Both the position numbers and the translations under genes were made by a program. DNA of 64,000 bases, from positions 32,001 to 96,000 of the IMG/VR virus record IMGVR_UViG_3300045988_120248. The stretch is one strand, 5' to 3'. Of the stretch, positions 17,538-25,754 are shown one piece after another (the first letter of the stretch is position 1; each line of letters begins with the position of its first letter). A model generated the notes under the pieces. It was given only the letters and a program-made list of their open reading frames with translations. It made no database searches and was not told the DNA's origin. This DNA comes from a virus.

Positions 17538-17848
17538 GAGAAGATAGATTTAAAACTATTTTCGTGTGCAACACAATAACGGGCTGCGTATGTGAGGAGC
17601 AGTGTGGCGTTGACATCGACGAGAAGTGCATCAAGAATATTTTGGAACGCGTTAAAGCGCGTGGAGAGGAATATGCTGTGTTTATGCTTCCGGGCGTTGT
17701 AAAACATGGTGACATTGTGAGATATGCCAATGCTGTTGCAGATTTGAGACGACTTCAAGATCCTAGAATCCAAGAAATTGTGTATAGAACGCAAAAAGCG
17801 ATTGAAATCCTGACGGACGGGAGGGAGAAACCGTATGGCGAAGCATGA
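17534..17848 (+). CDS. Hypothetical protein
   Basis: ORF track; ATGA overlap. Confidence 0.45.
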   Translation: MREDRFKTIFVCNTITGCVCEEQCGVDIDEKCIKNILERVKARGEEYAVFMLPGVVKHGDIVRYANAVADLRRLQDPRIQEIVYRTQKAIEILTDGREKPYGEA

Positions 17849-18236
17849 CCAGAGGTGGCGTGATGCCAGATGGAAGCAAAAGAAACGCCAGAGGGACGCT
17901 GAAAGCAAGCGACGGGAATGGGAACTGTCAGAATTTGCACGGCAGGCGGACGAAGCGCTTGAGCATATGCGGCAATTCTCCGATTGGGCGGAGCCGATGA
18001 TAGAAAGACTTGATTTTTTGAAGGAAATCGGGCCGGGAGTCAACTTCGCGGAGATACTGGAAGGAACCAAGTACAGATTCGTTTCGCAGAAGTACAACGG
18101 CGATGGGACATATGATGTCACGTTCGAGGTAGACGTGCTGAGCAATGACAGCAAACACGAAAAGATCGGCGTGCTGACGGCAACTGCTTTGCGCGTGTCG
18201 TATATCGCGGGGAGGTTAGAAGTTCATGGACGATGA
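17835..18236 (+). CDS. Hypothetical protein
   Basis: ORF track; basic N-terminus. Confidence 0.45.
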   Translation: MAKHDQRWRDARWKQKKRQRDAESKRREWELSEFARQADEALEHMRQFSDWAEPMIERLDFLKEIGPGVNFAEILEGTKYRFVSQKYNGDGTYDVTFEVDVLSNDSKHEKIGVLTATALRVSYIAGRLEVHGR

Positions 18237-18672
18237 TGAGAAATTTGAAGACTTCTACTCAAACGCAGAACGGCGCATCCGAGAACTTAACAAGAAACGC
18301 GACGATGCAATGAATGAAACACCACAGAAGATTTACGCGAAAATCGGCGAACTGATTGGGACACTCACTTTAGATGGCGAAGATTATCCAATAAAGGGGC
18401 TATCGGATAAAACCGCGCAGCTTCTTCACAGAACGGTTTGCCCAAACTGCGGTGCGCCGCACTCACCATGGGAAGCCCAATGCGAGTATTGCGGTGGGTA
18501 TGTTGATGTGGAAATGAATCAATTTGAGATAAAACCGCAAACTGGAGACTATTCGTTCATACGTTGGGACGGGGAAAGGTGGATACAAACACCTGCAAGA
18601 CTCCTGGACCGTATTTACGCAGAGAGAATATCGGAAGAAGACATCGTTGGATACAAGGAGGAAAAACAATGA
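18226..18672 (+). CDS. Hypothetical protein with zinc ribbon
   Basis: CPNCGAPHSPWEAQCEYCG. Confidence 0.45.
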   Translation: MDDDEKFEDFYSNAERRIRELNKKRDDAMNETPQKIYAKIGELIGTLTLDGEDYPIKGLSDKTAQLLHRTVCPNCGAPHSPWEAQCEYCGGYVDVEMNQFEIKPQTGDYSFIRWDGERWIQTPARLLDRIYAERISEEDIVGYKEEKQ

Positions 18673-18911
18673 AGAATACAGCAATCGCTTCAGTCGGCAA
18701 ACTTGTGGATCATAAGTTTGATCGCAGCGTTCCCGCCATTCCATGCAGAATGGAAGCAGGGAAAGCAGGGACAGACCCGCGTGTTTTTGAACTTCCGCAG
18801 GGAGCCATAGACCGAATTAACAACGAAGCATATGCTAATCCGTGTAATGGCATAGGAACGCTTGACGATGAAACGGCAAAGGCCATTTTGACCGCGTTTG
18901 AAACAGCCTAA
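18669..18911 (+). CDS. Hypothetical protein (last early gene)
   Basis: ATG 18669 overlaps TGA 18670-18672. Product begins MKNTAIASVGKLVDHKF... Confidence 0.4.
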   Translation: MKNTAIASVGKLVDHKFDRSVPAIPCRMEAGKAGTDPRVFELPQGAIDRINNEAYANPCNGIGTLDDETAKAILTAFETA

Positions 18912-18932
18912 AACAAACTTTTGCAACTTCTC

Positions 18933-18961
18933 TTGCATTTTTGCTGATTATATGGTATAAT
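18933..18961 (+). promoter_or_regulatory. Sigma-70-type promoter with extended -10
   Basis: TTGCAT (18933-18938), a 17-nt spacer ending in TGG, then TATAAT (18956-18961). Confidence 0.6.
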
Positions 18962-18987
18962 CAAGCAAAATAGATAGAGACGTTTAC

Positions 18988-19050
18988 GCGCTGTTCCGGT
19001 GCTTTTCCTATGGGAAAGGTATCGGGACAGCGCTTTTTGCGTTTTTTGGA
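18988..19050 (+). terminator. Intrinsic terminator in the leader of the late operon
   Basis: GCGCTGTTCCGGT (18988-19000) pairs with ATCGGGACAGCGC (19021-19033): 13 bp with two G-U pairs, plus inner pairing. TTTTTGCGTTTTTT follows. The site lies 27 nt after the -10 box and just before the first late gene. Confidence 0.6.
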
Positions 19051-19056
19051 GGTAAA

Positions 19057-20004
19057 ATGAGCGAAAATGTCAGCGAACTGGAACAGCAAGAATATTATGC
19101 GCAGCTTGCAAAAAAGACCTCGGAAAGTCTTGCATATTTCTACTGCTGCATCAAGTATGATGTTCCTTTTGCGCGCGACTGCGTACCGCGCGATGAAGGG
19201 CGCGACAAGTGGCTTTCGTACCTCGATAACCTCCATATCAAGAAACTGGATGCCAGCAAGAGCGGCGAGCGTTACGGCTTCCTCGATGGCTTGACCGACA
19301 TCACGAAGATATTTGGCGAGTGTCTGAAAGACGGAGAGTTTACGAAGGCCGTCTATGCAGAAAAAAATGCGCAGTCGGCCAAAACTGGCACGGTGAGGCA
19401 GCGGAAAGATTGGGGAACCGGAAACGACGAGCATCCATACACCAATGAAGACTATGCAGAATTCGACAGAATATACACTGTCCTTGCATCTGACTTGGGA
19501 GGTGAAGATGCTCTGAGTGCGAAACAGCAGCTTATCCTTCGCAACGTTTCCAAATGGACGAAGCAGATGAACGATGCTTCCGATGCTGGAAAATTCGATG
19601 CAGCGAGAAAACTGTCAGCCATCATACAGGAAAACTTGGCGAGCGATAACCTCAGAAAGCGCGATGCCAAACCGGTAGAGGAAATCCGGGTTGACGGCAT
19701 TACTGAACGGCTCGAAAAAGCTGGCCTGATGAAGAACGGTAAACCGGTAGACCCCGATACCGCATTTGAACTGCTTTTCCACAGAAGACCAAAGTATTCT
19801 TACACAAAAGACGCTGCGGAACAGATGCTTCTCGCAATTATCAACACGTCGCGTATGAATGATTCGCTCCCGGAATTCTCAACGCTACCGGATAGCGCAA
19901 GAATCAAAGATGATCTCCATGAGTTCGCAGAAGAACCGAATGAAATGGAGAAAACCGCATATGAAGGGTTCGGCTATGTGAAGATGCCCCCCGTAAAGGC
20001 ATGA
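19057..20004 (+). CDS. Candidate terminase small subunit / DNA-recognition protein (by position only)
   Basis: First gene of the late operon, directly upstream of the large terminase. No motif recognised, and 315 aa is long for a TerS. Confidence 0.3.
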   Translation: MSENVSELEQQEYYAQLAKKTSESLAYFYCCIKYDVPFARDCVPRDEGRDKWLSYLDNLHIKKLDASKSGERYGFLDGLTDITKIFGECLKDGEFTKAVYAEKNAQSAKTGTVRQRKDWGTGNDEHPYTNEDYAEFDRIYTVLASDLGGEDALSAKQQLILRNVSKWTKQMNDASDAGKFDAARKLSAIIQENLASDNLRKRDAKPVEEIRVDGITERLEKAGLMKNGKPVDPDTAFELLFHRRPKYSYTKDAAEQMLLAIINTSRMNDSLPEFSTLPDSARIKDDLHEFAEEPNEMEKTAYEGFGYVKMPPVKA

Positions 20005-20013
20005 CAAAAATTT

Positions 20014-21867
20014 ATGGCAAGACGATATGGTAAGGCTTGGGCACCAGGAGTCGGATGGATAAGTAAACGCGAGGTTGAACAGCGCGATTACAGTAACTTC
20101 GAAAATGATTTTTGGTGTCTTCTGATTTGGGTCGGAAGATTCTTTCCAGATATACTTGCGGATGTACTTCGTGCCGACGATGCAGACTACAAGACACTCG
20201 AAATTGTACAACGCGTCATGATGCGTGCAAATGCCAGATATCAGGATGTAGCAATCACGGGAACCCGTGGACTGAGCAAGACCTACTCAGAAATGCTCGG
20301 CGAGGAAATCAACGGTATTGTTTGGCCAGGAACGCGAGTCCTTTATACTGGTCCGGCACTCAAGCAATTATCTGATATCGGAAGTAAAACACACGCAGAC
20401 TTGGCAAAAAGCTACCCGTGTATTACAAAACACTGGCGTATTGCGGCAGAAAGCAAGGACGATTTCAGAATTACGACAGATTATGGGTCATCATTCTACA
20501 TAGGAGCAAAACGTGGTGACAACCTTCACGCTGTTATCGCGGAAGAATTTGCGCAGGAAGAACAACCTGCGTTTGACTTCAACGAATATACGACAGTTGC
20601 GCTTCCAGCTGTTCGATTGGCTCACAACGTAAACGGTGAGAAGGACGAAAACTTCGTCGCATATAAAAACCACTCGATTACCAGCGCAGGAAGAAAGCAG
20701 AATCACGCATTCTTGGTTCGCTGCGAAGTTCGCAAGGGAATGCGGAACGGGGACAGCAGTTTCCAGATGGATGTTCCGTATCAATGCGTAATCCTTCAAC
20801 AAATGCGCCCCTACTCATGGGCACAAAAACTCAAATCTAAGCTTACCCCAGAACGCTGGATGCGTGAGATGGAAAGTCGATACACCGGCGCGGATGAATA
20901 TCCCATTATCTCGGATGAAAGTCTTTCTGAAAGCTGCTGCTTGCAAAGCATGGAACGTCAGCATTGCTGCAAATACCCCGGAAACAAAACAGACCCAAAA
21001 GACGTGATATACATCGTCTGCTACGACGTTTCCTATGAAGACGCAAAAAAGAACGCAAAATGCGCTGTTGGCGTTTGGAAGCTTACGAAACAAGATGATT
21101 TCCTGAAACGGGACAGATACCTGAAGCAACTGGTGTGGCTGGACGATTGGCCCCCACCGGATAACGCTATGAAACAGGCACGAAAACTGAAAGACGTCTG
21201 GTATCGGTTTTGCTTTGATGGCGGCAACACCACCTATATTGCAATCGACGGATGGCAGTACGGCAAGGCGGTCATTGAAGACCTTATGAAAGACCTCGGT
21301 GATGGGTTGCCACCGCTGTGTATCTTAGACCATACCGAATATGTGGCTTTGGAACAGGATGGAGCGTTGCCAATCATTTACCCAATCAAAGCCGGTGGTA
21401 GCGGCGTTACAGACCCAGATGTTGAAATGATTCGGTACGCACAGACGCAGTTCGATAACCACAACGTACAGCTTCTTACGATGAATACTCGTGAGGGCGT
21501 GGAGGCGTACAAGCGGATTCATAAGATCAAGGACGATGATCTGGATTATCAGATTGCACGTCCATACCAAAAGACCAGAGAACTGTCTGGACAGATTCAA
21601 AACCTGAAGGCTGTCCCGTCGGGCGCTGGATTCAGCGAGAAGCGCATTTCCCGCGCAATACAAAGAGACAGCTGGTCTGCTATAAAGTACGGCTTGCGCC
21701 TTGCTCAAAAGCTGGAAAAAGAACTCGTCTTGAGCGAAGTCCGTAAAAAGAGCGACTGGGACGCGCTTCTTTCCAAGTATAAGGCAAAAGGGAACGTAAA
21801 AAACGTTACCGGAGGAAGCACAGGCGCAAGGCTTGTGACGCAAAGACGCGGAGGAAGGATTTTTTAA
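20014..21867 (+). CDS. Terminase large subunit
   Basis: Walker A-like AITGTRGLSKT, Walker B-like LHAVIAEEF, 617 aa, followed by a portal-sized gene. Confidence 0.7.
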   Translation: MARRYGKAWAPGVGWISKREVEQRDYSNFENDFWCLLIWVGRFFPDILADVLRADDADYKTLEIVQRVMMRANARYQDVAITGTRGLSKTYSEMLGEEINGIVWPGTRVLYTGPALKQLSDIGSKTHADLAKSYPCITKHWRIAAESKDDFRITTDYGSSFYIGAKRGDNLHAVIAEEFAQEEQPAFDFNEYTTVALPAVRLAHNVNGEKDENFVAYKNHSITSAGRKQNHAFLVRCEVRKGMRNGDSSFQMDVPYQCVILQQMRPYSWAQKLKSKLTPERWMREMESRYTGADEYPIISDESLSESCCLQSMERQHCCKYPGNKTDPKDVIYIVCYDVSYEDAKKNAKCAVGVWKLTKQDDFLKRDRYLKQLVWLDDWPPPDNAMKQARKLKDVWYRFCFDGGNTTYIAIDGWQYGKAVIEDLMKDLGDGLPPLCILDHTEYVALEQDGALPIIYPIKAGGSGVTDPDVEMIRYAQTQFDNHNVQLLTMNTREGVEAYKRIHKIKDDDLDYQIARPYQKTRELSGQIQNLKAVPSGAGFSEKRISRAIQRDSWSAIKYGLRLAQKLEKELVLSEVRKKSDWDALLSKYKAKGNVKNVTGGSTGARLVTQRRGGRIF

Positions 21868-22248
21868 ATGGCTGAAAATCAGGAAAAGATCTATCGGCTT
21901 TATGCGCTGACCATAACACAGGAATCTGTGGAAATCGCCATGATGGAACGGTTCAGCCGAATTGCACCGGGTTATATCCTGATTTATACGGCTGGAACAC
22001 AGCCTAAAGGCAGCATTGAGATAAACGGCGAAGATGTAAAGCGGCTGACGAAAGCCGACAGCGACTGGATTATGATCTGTGCTGCAACGCTGCTTCGGGA
22101 ACGTATGGAGCAAAACCAGACGCAATCAATGGAAAATCTGAGCCGAATGGTCGACCAACTTTCGGCAGCCCTCGCGGCGGAGCGCGAGAAGATCAAGACC
22201 GGCGGGGAGGAAATAACAGATGGCGATAGAGACGAGCGAACTCAATAA
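21868..22248 (+). CDS. Hypothetical protein
   Basis: ORF track; lies between terminase and portal. Confidence 0.45.
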   Translation: MAENQEKIYRLYALTITQESVEIAMMERFSRIAPGYILIYTAGTQPKGSIEINGEDVKRLTKADSDWIMICAATLLRERMEQNQTQSMENLSRMVDQLSAALAAEREKIKTGGEEITDGDRDERTQ

Positions 22249-23974
22249 GCTACAGTATTCTTCTTTTCCGAAGATTTTTGAACGGTTCCGTAAGATGGCG
22301 GCTGAAAATCAGGGTATCCCGATGTCCAGTATTACCTCCGCGTTTGCCGGAATCAATTCTGGCCGCTATGGTCTTGCGAACCCGTACATTCAGAACCGGC
22401 GTGTAAAGCAGATTTCATCGCTGCCGGCTGATTTTACAAAAGATCAGGTCGCAGAAATGCTCACAAAGCCGTATGACAGCGAACAGCCACTTCGGCAAGT
22501 GGCGCATATTCTGGAGTATACGGCGTATCCGCTTTTCCACATTCGAAAAGTCTATCAAGAAATGCTGACGTATCATAACTATGTGATGCCGAAGCTGACG
22601 GACTCGGCCGACACCAAAAAGGACGAGTTCATGCGCGAATGGAAGCTGCTCGAAAAGCTGCGCGAGGAATTCAAACCGAAGGAAACTGCGCATCAGATCG
22701 TAGGCCAAGTTGGCATAGAAGGGAAGGTCTTCTATTATCCTCGCTACAGCGTAGATAAGAGCCATAACAAGGTGAACTACGCATTCATGCAGCAGCTTCC
22801 CAGTGACTGGACGAAAATCACCGGATACAACAATATTTCCAAGTACACCGTGGCATTTAACATGATGTACTTCCTCCAACCGGGCTGCGTACCGGAGCAA
22901 TACGGTGATCTGTTTACGCCGTACCTTTACGATTTCAGCAGCGTCGTGCAAAAGCCCAAGGGAACTGGCACTTCGCTGATTTTCGCGCAAAAAACGCGCG
23001 TTGATATGCAGCAATTCCAGCGCATCCAAGCGCGCGGCGATATGGCCGGAACCCCAGATGTCTATTATCAGAATGGGCGCTGGTACTATTGGGTTTACCT
23101 ACCAGCAGATGCAGTATTTACGTTTGAAGCTGACGATGTAAGTCGGACTGCAATTTCTCCGTTTGCAGGACTGTTCCTCAACATGATTCAACTTGCTCAG
23201 ATGGAGCAAATTCAGTTGGAGCTGATTCAAAACCCGTTGGTCAGCCTTCTGCATGGTGAAATTCCGTACAGAGATGACAAAAATGCGACGGCAGAAGACC
23301 AATACAAACTTAGTAACGCCGGCCGACTCATGTTTGAAGCGATTTGGTATGATATGCTGCAGGCCAACAACACATCAGGTCTTGGCATTTATATGGCACC
23401 TGTGCAGTCAATGAAGCTGGAGACGCTGAGTGAAGCTCCGTCGGCTATGGACATCGTAAAACAAGGATATAGTGACACAATCAATCAAGCAGGCCTTGGT
23501 GGCCTTATGCCGGTTGATTCCGACGCGAAAGCAGCTACAACACAGATTTCGTTCCAAATTGAGAGCAAATTCATGAAGACGGTCTACCATGACTATGAGC
23601 GAATGATGAACGCAATCATCAAAAAACTCAGCCCTCGGTATGAGTGGAAGTTCGTCATGTTTGGAGATCTCTCCGAAGACGAAAAAATGCTCGAACGGTG
23701 CATGAATGGGATGGAACACGGCATTCTGCCGGATACCATCGTATATAATGCACTGCTTGACCGATCCATTCTGGACGATATGTGCCTGTCTGACGCGGTA
23801 TACAACAGCGGCATTTTGGACAAACGTATTCCACTTGTTACAAGCTATAACATGAAGCAAGAGTCTTCCGGATTGCCACCGCAGTCACCGGGAAGACCAA
23901 AGGGTGATGGTAATGTGACAAGCGAGGGAACTGAGTCGATGGTTGATACCTATGGGGATACGAACCCTATATAA
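22220..23974 (+). CDS. Portal protein (by size and position)
   Basis: 584 aa immediately after the terminase, with an acidic and Gly-rich C-terminus. Confidence 0.55.
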   Translation: MAIETSELNKLQYSSFPKIFERFRKMAAENQGIPMSSITSAFAGINSGRYGLANPYIQNRRVKQISSLPADFTKDQVAEMLTKPYDSEQPLRQVAHILEYTAYPLFHIRKVYQEMLTYHNYVMPKLTDSADTKKDEFMREWKLLEKLREEFKPKETAHQIVGQVGIEGKVFYYPRYSVDKSHNKVNYAFMQQLPSDWTKITGYNNISKYTVAFNMMYFLQPGCVPEQYGDLFTPYLYDFSSVVQKPKGTGTSLIFAQKTRVDMQQFQRIQARGDMAGTPDVYYQNGRWYYWVYLPADAVFTFEADDVSRTAISPFAGLFLNMIQLAQMEQIQLELIQNPLVSLLHGEIPYRDDKNATAEDQYKLSNAGRLMFEAIWYDMLQANNTSGLGIYMAPVQSMKLETLSEAPSAMDIVKQGYSDTINQAGLGGLMPVDSDAKAATTQISFQIESKFMKTVYHDYERMMNAIIKKLSPRYEWKFVMFGDLSEDEKMLERCMNGMEHGILPDTIVYNALLDRSILDDMCLSDAVYNSGILDKRIPLVTSYNMKQESSGLPPQSPGRPKGDGNVTSEGTESMVDTYGDTNPI

Positions 23975-23987
23975 GCAATGAAACACT

Positions 23988-24040
23988 GGGGATAGGGTAG
24001 CTCCTGAAAAGCGGTTCCCTTACCGCCTTCCCCTGTTTTT
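23988..24040 (+). terminator. Possible intrinsic terminator after the portal gene
   Basis: GGGGATAGGG (23988-23997) pairs imperfectly with CCTTACCGCCTTCCCC (24018-24033), followed by TGTTTTT. Confidence 0.35.
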
Positions 24041-24073
24041 CAATAAGGGAATTACTGAAGGGAGTAATTGAAC

Positions 24074-24952
24074 ATGCCGAGGTTCCAAGACCTTACTGGA
24101 GTGAAATTTGGCCGCCTGACGGTTATTGAACAGGCCGGGCGTGACAAAAATAGATCAATTAAATGGAAATGCAGATGTGAGTGTGGGAATTATACAACAG
24201 TCCTTGGAGGAAACTTACGAAAAGGGACTAGCAGAAGCTGCGGATGCCTTGCAAAAGAAATTGCAAGAGAAAGAGACAGTGCGGAAAATTTGACCGGCAG
24301 AACCTTTGGTCGGCTTACTGTCCTGTATCGTGTGGAAAATGATAGTAGTGGGAAGCCGAAGTGGCTGTGCAAATGTGAATGCGGAAATATGAAAGCTGCG
24401 TCAGCGAAACATCTCAAACACGGAGACGTAAAGAGTTGCGGCTGTCTTCCGAAAGAACACGCAAAAACACTGCATAAAATCAACGAAACACATGGAAAGA
24501 GTAACACTCGTTTATATCAGGTCTGGGAAGGTATGAAACAACGATGCAGACCAACATCTAAAAATTACGGCGCTCGTGGCATAAAAATGTGCAAAGAATG
24601 GGAAAACTTTGAACCGTTCTTTGAGTGGGCAATGTCAAACGGCTATGATCCTGGCGCAAAGCGGCTCCAATGTACACTTGACCGAATCGACGTAAACGGT
24701 GATTACTGCCCAGAAAACTGTAGATGGATTGACAACCTATCACAGCAAAACAATCGTCAAGATAATCACAAAATTACGTTTAATGGGGAAACACACACGC
24801 TTGCGGAATGGTCAAGGATACTCAATATGAAGTATGAAACACTTATAGCCAGAATCGAAAGATATGGCTGGAGCGTGGAAAAAGCGCTGTCCATACCAAC
24901 TGTTTCACCACATGACAAGCGACGATGCGCACATGGAGGTACAAATGATTGA
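24074..24952 (+). CDS. Repeat zinc-ribbon DNA-binding protein of the homing-endonuclease-associated / AP2-like type
   Basis: The unit G.(K/T)FGRLTV...KW.C.CECGN......L..G...SCGC occurs twice. It is followed by TRLYQVWEGMKQRC...YGARGIKMCKEW and NGETHTLAEWSRIL. No HNH or GIY-YIG catalytic motif seen. Confidence 0.5.
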   Translation: MPRFQDLTGVKFGRLTVIEQAGRDKNRSIKWKCRCECGNYTTVLGGNLRKGTSRSCGCLAKEIARERDSAENLTGRTFGRLTVLYRVENDSSGKPKWLCKCECGNMKAASAKHLKHGDVKSCGCLPKEHAKTLHKINETHGKSNTRLYQVWEGMKQRCRPTSKNYGARGIKMCKEWENFEPFFEWAMSNGYDPGAKRLQCTLDRIDVNGDYCPENCRWIDNLSQQNNRQDNHKITFNGETHTLAEWSRILNMKYETLIARIERYGWSVEKALSIPTVSPHDKRRCAHGGTND

Positions 24953-25109
24953 TTATGTCAAAAAAGAAGACCTCCACATTATCAACAGGGCGCTTAATAA
25001 TGGCAGTGATGTGAAGATTCAGCTCACAAAAGACGGATACCGTATCACGGAAGATACCATGAAAGTCCTGAAACGAGTGGCAATTAGTCAGGAAAAAATG
25101 GAAAAATAA
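24945..25109 (+). CDS. Small hypothetical protein
   Basis: GGAGGT precedes ATG 24945. 54 aa, beginning MIDYVKKEDLHIINRALNNGSDVKIQL... Confidence 0.35.
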   Translation: MIDYVKKEDLHIINRALNNGSDVKIQLTKDGYRITEDTMKVLKRVAISQEKMEK

Positions 25110-25119
25110 AAAATTGGAC

Positions 25120-25199
25120 CTGCGCCGAAAGAGCGGTGCAGAAGAGCCGAAGAGGGCTACCGACACAGTGAAATGTGCCGGTAGCCCTCTTTTATTTTG
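25120..25199 (+). repeat. Conserved hairpin + terminator module, copy 1 of 3
   Basis: Hairpin CTGCGCCG-AAAGAG-CGGTGCAG (25120-25141), then linker AAGAGCCGA. Stem AGAGGGCTACCG (25151-25162) pairs with CGGTAGCCCTCT (25179-25190), followed by TTTATTTT. Confidence 0.7.
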
Positions 25200-25218
25200 C
25201 AAGGAAGGAGACAACGAA

Positions 25219-25752
25219 ATGGCTCGACTGAAAGAACGGTTTGACTTCGAGAACGGTGCGCTTGCCGCTGTGCGAGATGCTGCGAAGGATGTAACCGGCG
25301 CGTATCAAGATGCTGCGCGTGGACTGGATACGCTGAAAGAATGGGTTCTGATTGAATTTGGAATGCCGAATACGGCCAATGCCATCCACAAACTGGCTCA
25401 TCTTCAGCCCCAGAGATTCGATGTAGTCGGAGATCTGCTGCATCAGCGGCATATCCTGCAAATCTACCCGGCAACTGCGGAGTACGAAGGACGGCCTGAC
25501 AATCTGGATGGTGTGTTTGAGTCCATCATTGACATGCTCCAGAAAGTCGAAGATGCGCTTCACAAATGTGTCGAGATCTGCGATAAAAACGGTCTTTATC
25601 CGCTTGGACGCGGATTTGAAAACCTTCAAATGGAAAACAGCGCAAGCTACGAGAAGTTCATGTATGCGTGGCAGATGTACTCCGAACACGAGATGAGCGC
25701 GACCAGTTTTGACGGCTGGATTGAAGAACTCTTCGAGGAAGAGGGTGACTGA
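25219..25752 (+). CDS. Hypothetical helical protein (head-morphogenesis region)
   Basis: AAGGAAGGAG precedes ATG 25219. 177 aa with an acidic C-terminus. Confidence 0.45.
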   Translation: MARLKERFDFENGALAAVRDAAKDVTGAYQDAARGLDTLKEWVLIEFGMPNTANAIHKLAHLQPQRFDVVGDLLHQRHILQIYPATAEYEGRPDNLDGVFESIIDMLQKVEDALHKCVEICDKNGLYPLGRGFENLQMENSASYEKFMYAWQMYSEHEMSATSFDGWIEELFEEEGD

Positions 25753-25754
25753 CA

